From: Squalus acanthias
Lineage: Eukaryota
NCBI GenBank assembly: GCA_030390025.1
Contig: JASTWF010000033.1
Location: 3,908,001 to 3,972,000, forward strand
Direction of reading: 5' to 3'
DNA: 64,000 nucleotides
Part shown: positions 61,526-64,000 of the stretch, piece after piece
How the letters are laid out: each line of letters starts with the position of its first letter
Position numbering within the stretch: position 1 is the stretch's first letter
Notes under the pieces: generated by a model
Told to the model about the DNA's origin: nothing
The model's input: only the letters and a program-made list of their open reading frames with translations
The model's database searches: none
Position numbers and translations under genes: made by a program

Positions 61526-64000
61526 TTATTCTTTCACAGTCTTTAACTGATTAATATAGTACCATTTAGTTACTTTTCTCTTTTCCACTCTCCCTTTAAG
61601 GTACTGAACCAGATACACGGCTGGCTTCAATTTATCCACTTTCGAGTAGGGTCCCTTCCACTTGGAGTCAAACGCATTTTCCTTTCTTACCATCATTTAG
61701 TACCATAAATTTATCACCTATCTGATACTCAAAAGGTCGAACGTTCTGGAAAAGTATTTCTTGATTTGGTTTCTAGATTTCCCTAAATTTTTGCCACGTG
61801 TCGATTAACTTCATTCATATTCTCTACTGTGCGCTCCAACCATGAATCATTACATGGTTGTTGCGTAAGGGGAGTAGTGCCAGTCAAAGTTAGATGGCCT
61901 GGAATCCTTCTCAACCTCCTAGTCATTGACTGTTAATTTGATATCCCCATTGTCCTATGTGGCGTGGACCGAATTACCATTAAACACTTGGATAACATAT
62001 TGACCCATTGAGTTGGGCGTTGTACACATTTTTCCTAACATGGATTTCAGCGTACGATTCCCTCTTTCTACTATCCCGGACGATTGGGAATAATGAGCCA
62101 TATGTATCTTATGTATAATTCCCATAATTTCCTGTAATTTGGAAAATACTTCACCAGAGAAGTGGGTGCCCTGATCACTATCAATTTGAATTGGCAGTCC
62201 CCAACTACAGAACACCTCACTCAATAACAATTTGGCCGCAATAGGCGCAGTGTTGGATCGGGTGGGGAAGGCCTCGATCCATTTAGTGAACTGGTCGATA
62301 AAAACGAGGGCATATTTATAATTGCCCTGCGAAAGTGGGAGGGGACCAACAAGCAATCTGAACATGAGTCCAGGTCCCATCAGGGCCTGGCTGACTTCGA
62401 GGAGGAGACGGTTGGAACAAGGTTCTGCTGCAAACAAGGTATGCATCGGGAAACATATAAACTTACAGTTTCCTTCATATTAGGCCACCAGACTGTGGAG
62501 GCAATCTTTGTGAAAGTGACTTCTGCCGGTTAATGACCTCCTACAGGGTGGGAGTGGAATAGGAACAAGAGTTCATCTGCCAGGTGTGGGGGGATACAGA
62601 CAACCTGATACTTATCTGGGGCATTTTGATACATAATTAATGATTGTGTACCACTTGTGGTAAGAAGGGTCTTGGAGGCACATGCGGTGGGTGTTGGTAA
62701 GGGTTTAGCTTGTACATGTCAATTGATGACCGTTGGATATGGTCTATACTCTGTCCGAAGGGAAGCCAGATCGAGAGCTGAGCTAACTGCAGCAACTGGG
62801 ATTAACTCCTCAAGTTGTAGAGGGAGGGGATCGCCTCCCAGGGCCGCGTCTTTTGCTGCTGCATCTGCCGCATTATTCCCCAGGGTGTGAGCGGACTGGT
62901 CTCTCTCATGGGCACTAACCTTTCCAATGTGACAGGGCTTCTGTCAGGCCTTCAGGGCCTGCCATAGGAGATGTAACCATGGCCCATGGGTTAGGGGTTA
63001 ACCATCTGACGAGAAGTAGGAATTCTTCTGGTAGAGGGGAAGGGACAGCATGGCATTGATGGCATAGGCACTGTCAGACCAAATGTTTGTCGAGTAGCCC
63101 GAAGTTTCTCGAACGGCGATGAGAAGGGCCACAGTCTCTGTATATTGGCTTGAGTGCTTGTTACTTTTAAAATTGAGAGTCTTTTCGGGTAGGACCACAG
63201 CACAACCGGTACGTGGTGGGCCCTGTATGTGGTAGGAGGAGCCATCCACGTACACCTCAGAGGCTCCTTCTGTTGGTGATCGCCAAACAGGATGGGACTC
63301 AAAGTCTATTAAAGGTAGCGGACACTTGTGAGTGTGTAACTCATACGCAAGCATCAGTGGTAAAAGAGTAATCCCTTTGGAGCTTATATCAATATCCCGT
63401 TGTAATAGTTCTAAAGTCCATTTACTGATGCGTTGGGATGAGATCAAAGAAATGCCTGGTTTGATAACGAGTTTCAGTGGGGTGTAAGGGGAATGCAAGA
63501 TAATGCTCTGTAAGCCCGTAATGTAGGTAATTGTTGACTGGCCCAGAACGTCGCCAGTAGGTGGCGATCACACGCTGAATAAGTCCGTTCTGCCCCCTGC
63601 AAAACCCGTGAGGCATATGCGATCGGTTGTAACCTGTGCAGTCGTTCTTGACATAGGACCGCAGTTAGACTATGGTCGGTGGATGCGAGCTCGAGATGGA
63701 ATGGTTGTGTTGGCTCGGGTGATATTAAACAGGTAGCCTGCATACAAGCCTGTTTCAATTTCTTAACTGCAGCGGGTGTGATCTGGCCCCCACAGGGAGG
63801 ACATTTGATCCTCTTTACCTTTTAAAAGTTCATAGAGGGGTTTTGCAAGTTCTGCAAATCCAGGAATAAAACTACGCTGGTATCCCACCAGTCCCAAAAA
63901 CGATCGGAGCACTGTCCTGGATACAGGAAGCGGAAGTCGTTGAATGACCTCTATCTTGTATCGTCAGGACTTAGACTCTGCGGAGAGATCGTCACTCCCA
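61526..64000 (-). pseudogene. pol: Retroviral pol pseudogene (RT C-terminus, tether, RNase HI, integrase), partial
   Basis: LRSFLGLVGYQRSFIPGFAELAKPLYELLK; QPIAYASRVLQGAERTYS; VYVDGSS..NIWSDSAYAIN; FHSHPVGGH..WWPNM..CIPC; IDQFTKWIEAFP..SDQGTHF..SSGIVERGNRTLK; KWKGPY..KWYYINQLK*. Confidence 0.95.

Larger units (their letters stand above)
57969..64000 (-). mobile_element. Degenerate endogenous retrovirus (pol - env - 3' region - PPT), continues off the right edge; no 3' LTR seen
   Basis: Domain order RT thumb, tether, RNase HI, integrase, env; PPT-like GAAAAAAGGGG at 57979-57969. Confidence 0.9.

Overview
Eukaryotic, repeat-saturated window. It is very probably from a cartilaginous fish (shark), judging from HE1-type V-SINEs, CR1/HER1-type LINEs and shark-type Penelope ends. 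No intact host protein-coding gene is visible. Positions 1-15.35 kb are a 33-bp GC-rich satellite with kb-scale higher-order duplications. Positions 15,353-60,575 form a large diverged inverted duplication (about 90% identity in a hand-aligned 120-bp sample) centred on a 500-N scaffold gap flanked by (GA)n and (TC)n tracts. From outside to inside, each arm carries a degenerate retroviral env and 3' region, 67-bp tandem arrays, stacked CR1 fragments, a GC-rich promoter/first-exon-like block and a multi-kb GA tract. The right arm continues into a degenerate provirus with RT thumb, tether RNase H, RNase HI, integrase and an env that does not look like the gamma type (possibly lokiretrovirus-like). 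Four Penelope-like insertions with target-site duplications carry five minimal hammerhead-ribozyme motifs, with stem I covariation. Comparing the arms shows empty versus filled insertion sites, a CR1-CR1 recombination deletion, a template-switch hairpin and a 6.7-kb deletion. The long predicted ORFs are repeat artefacts. Coordinates of degenerate elements are approximate.
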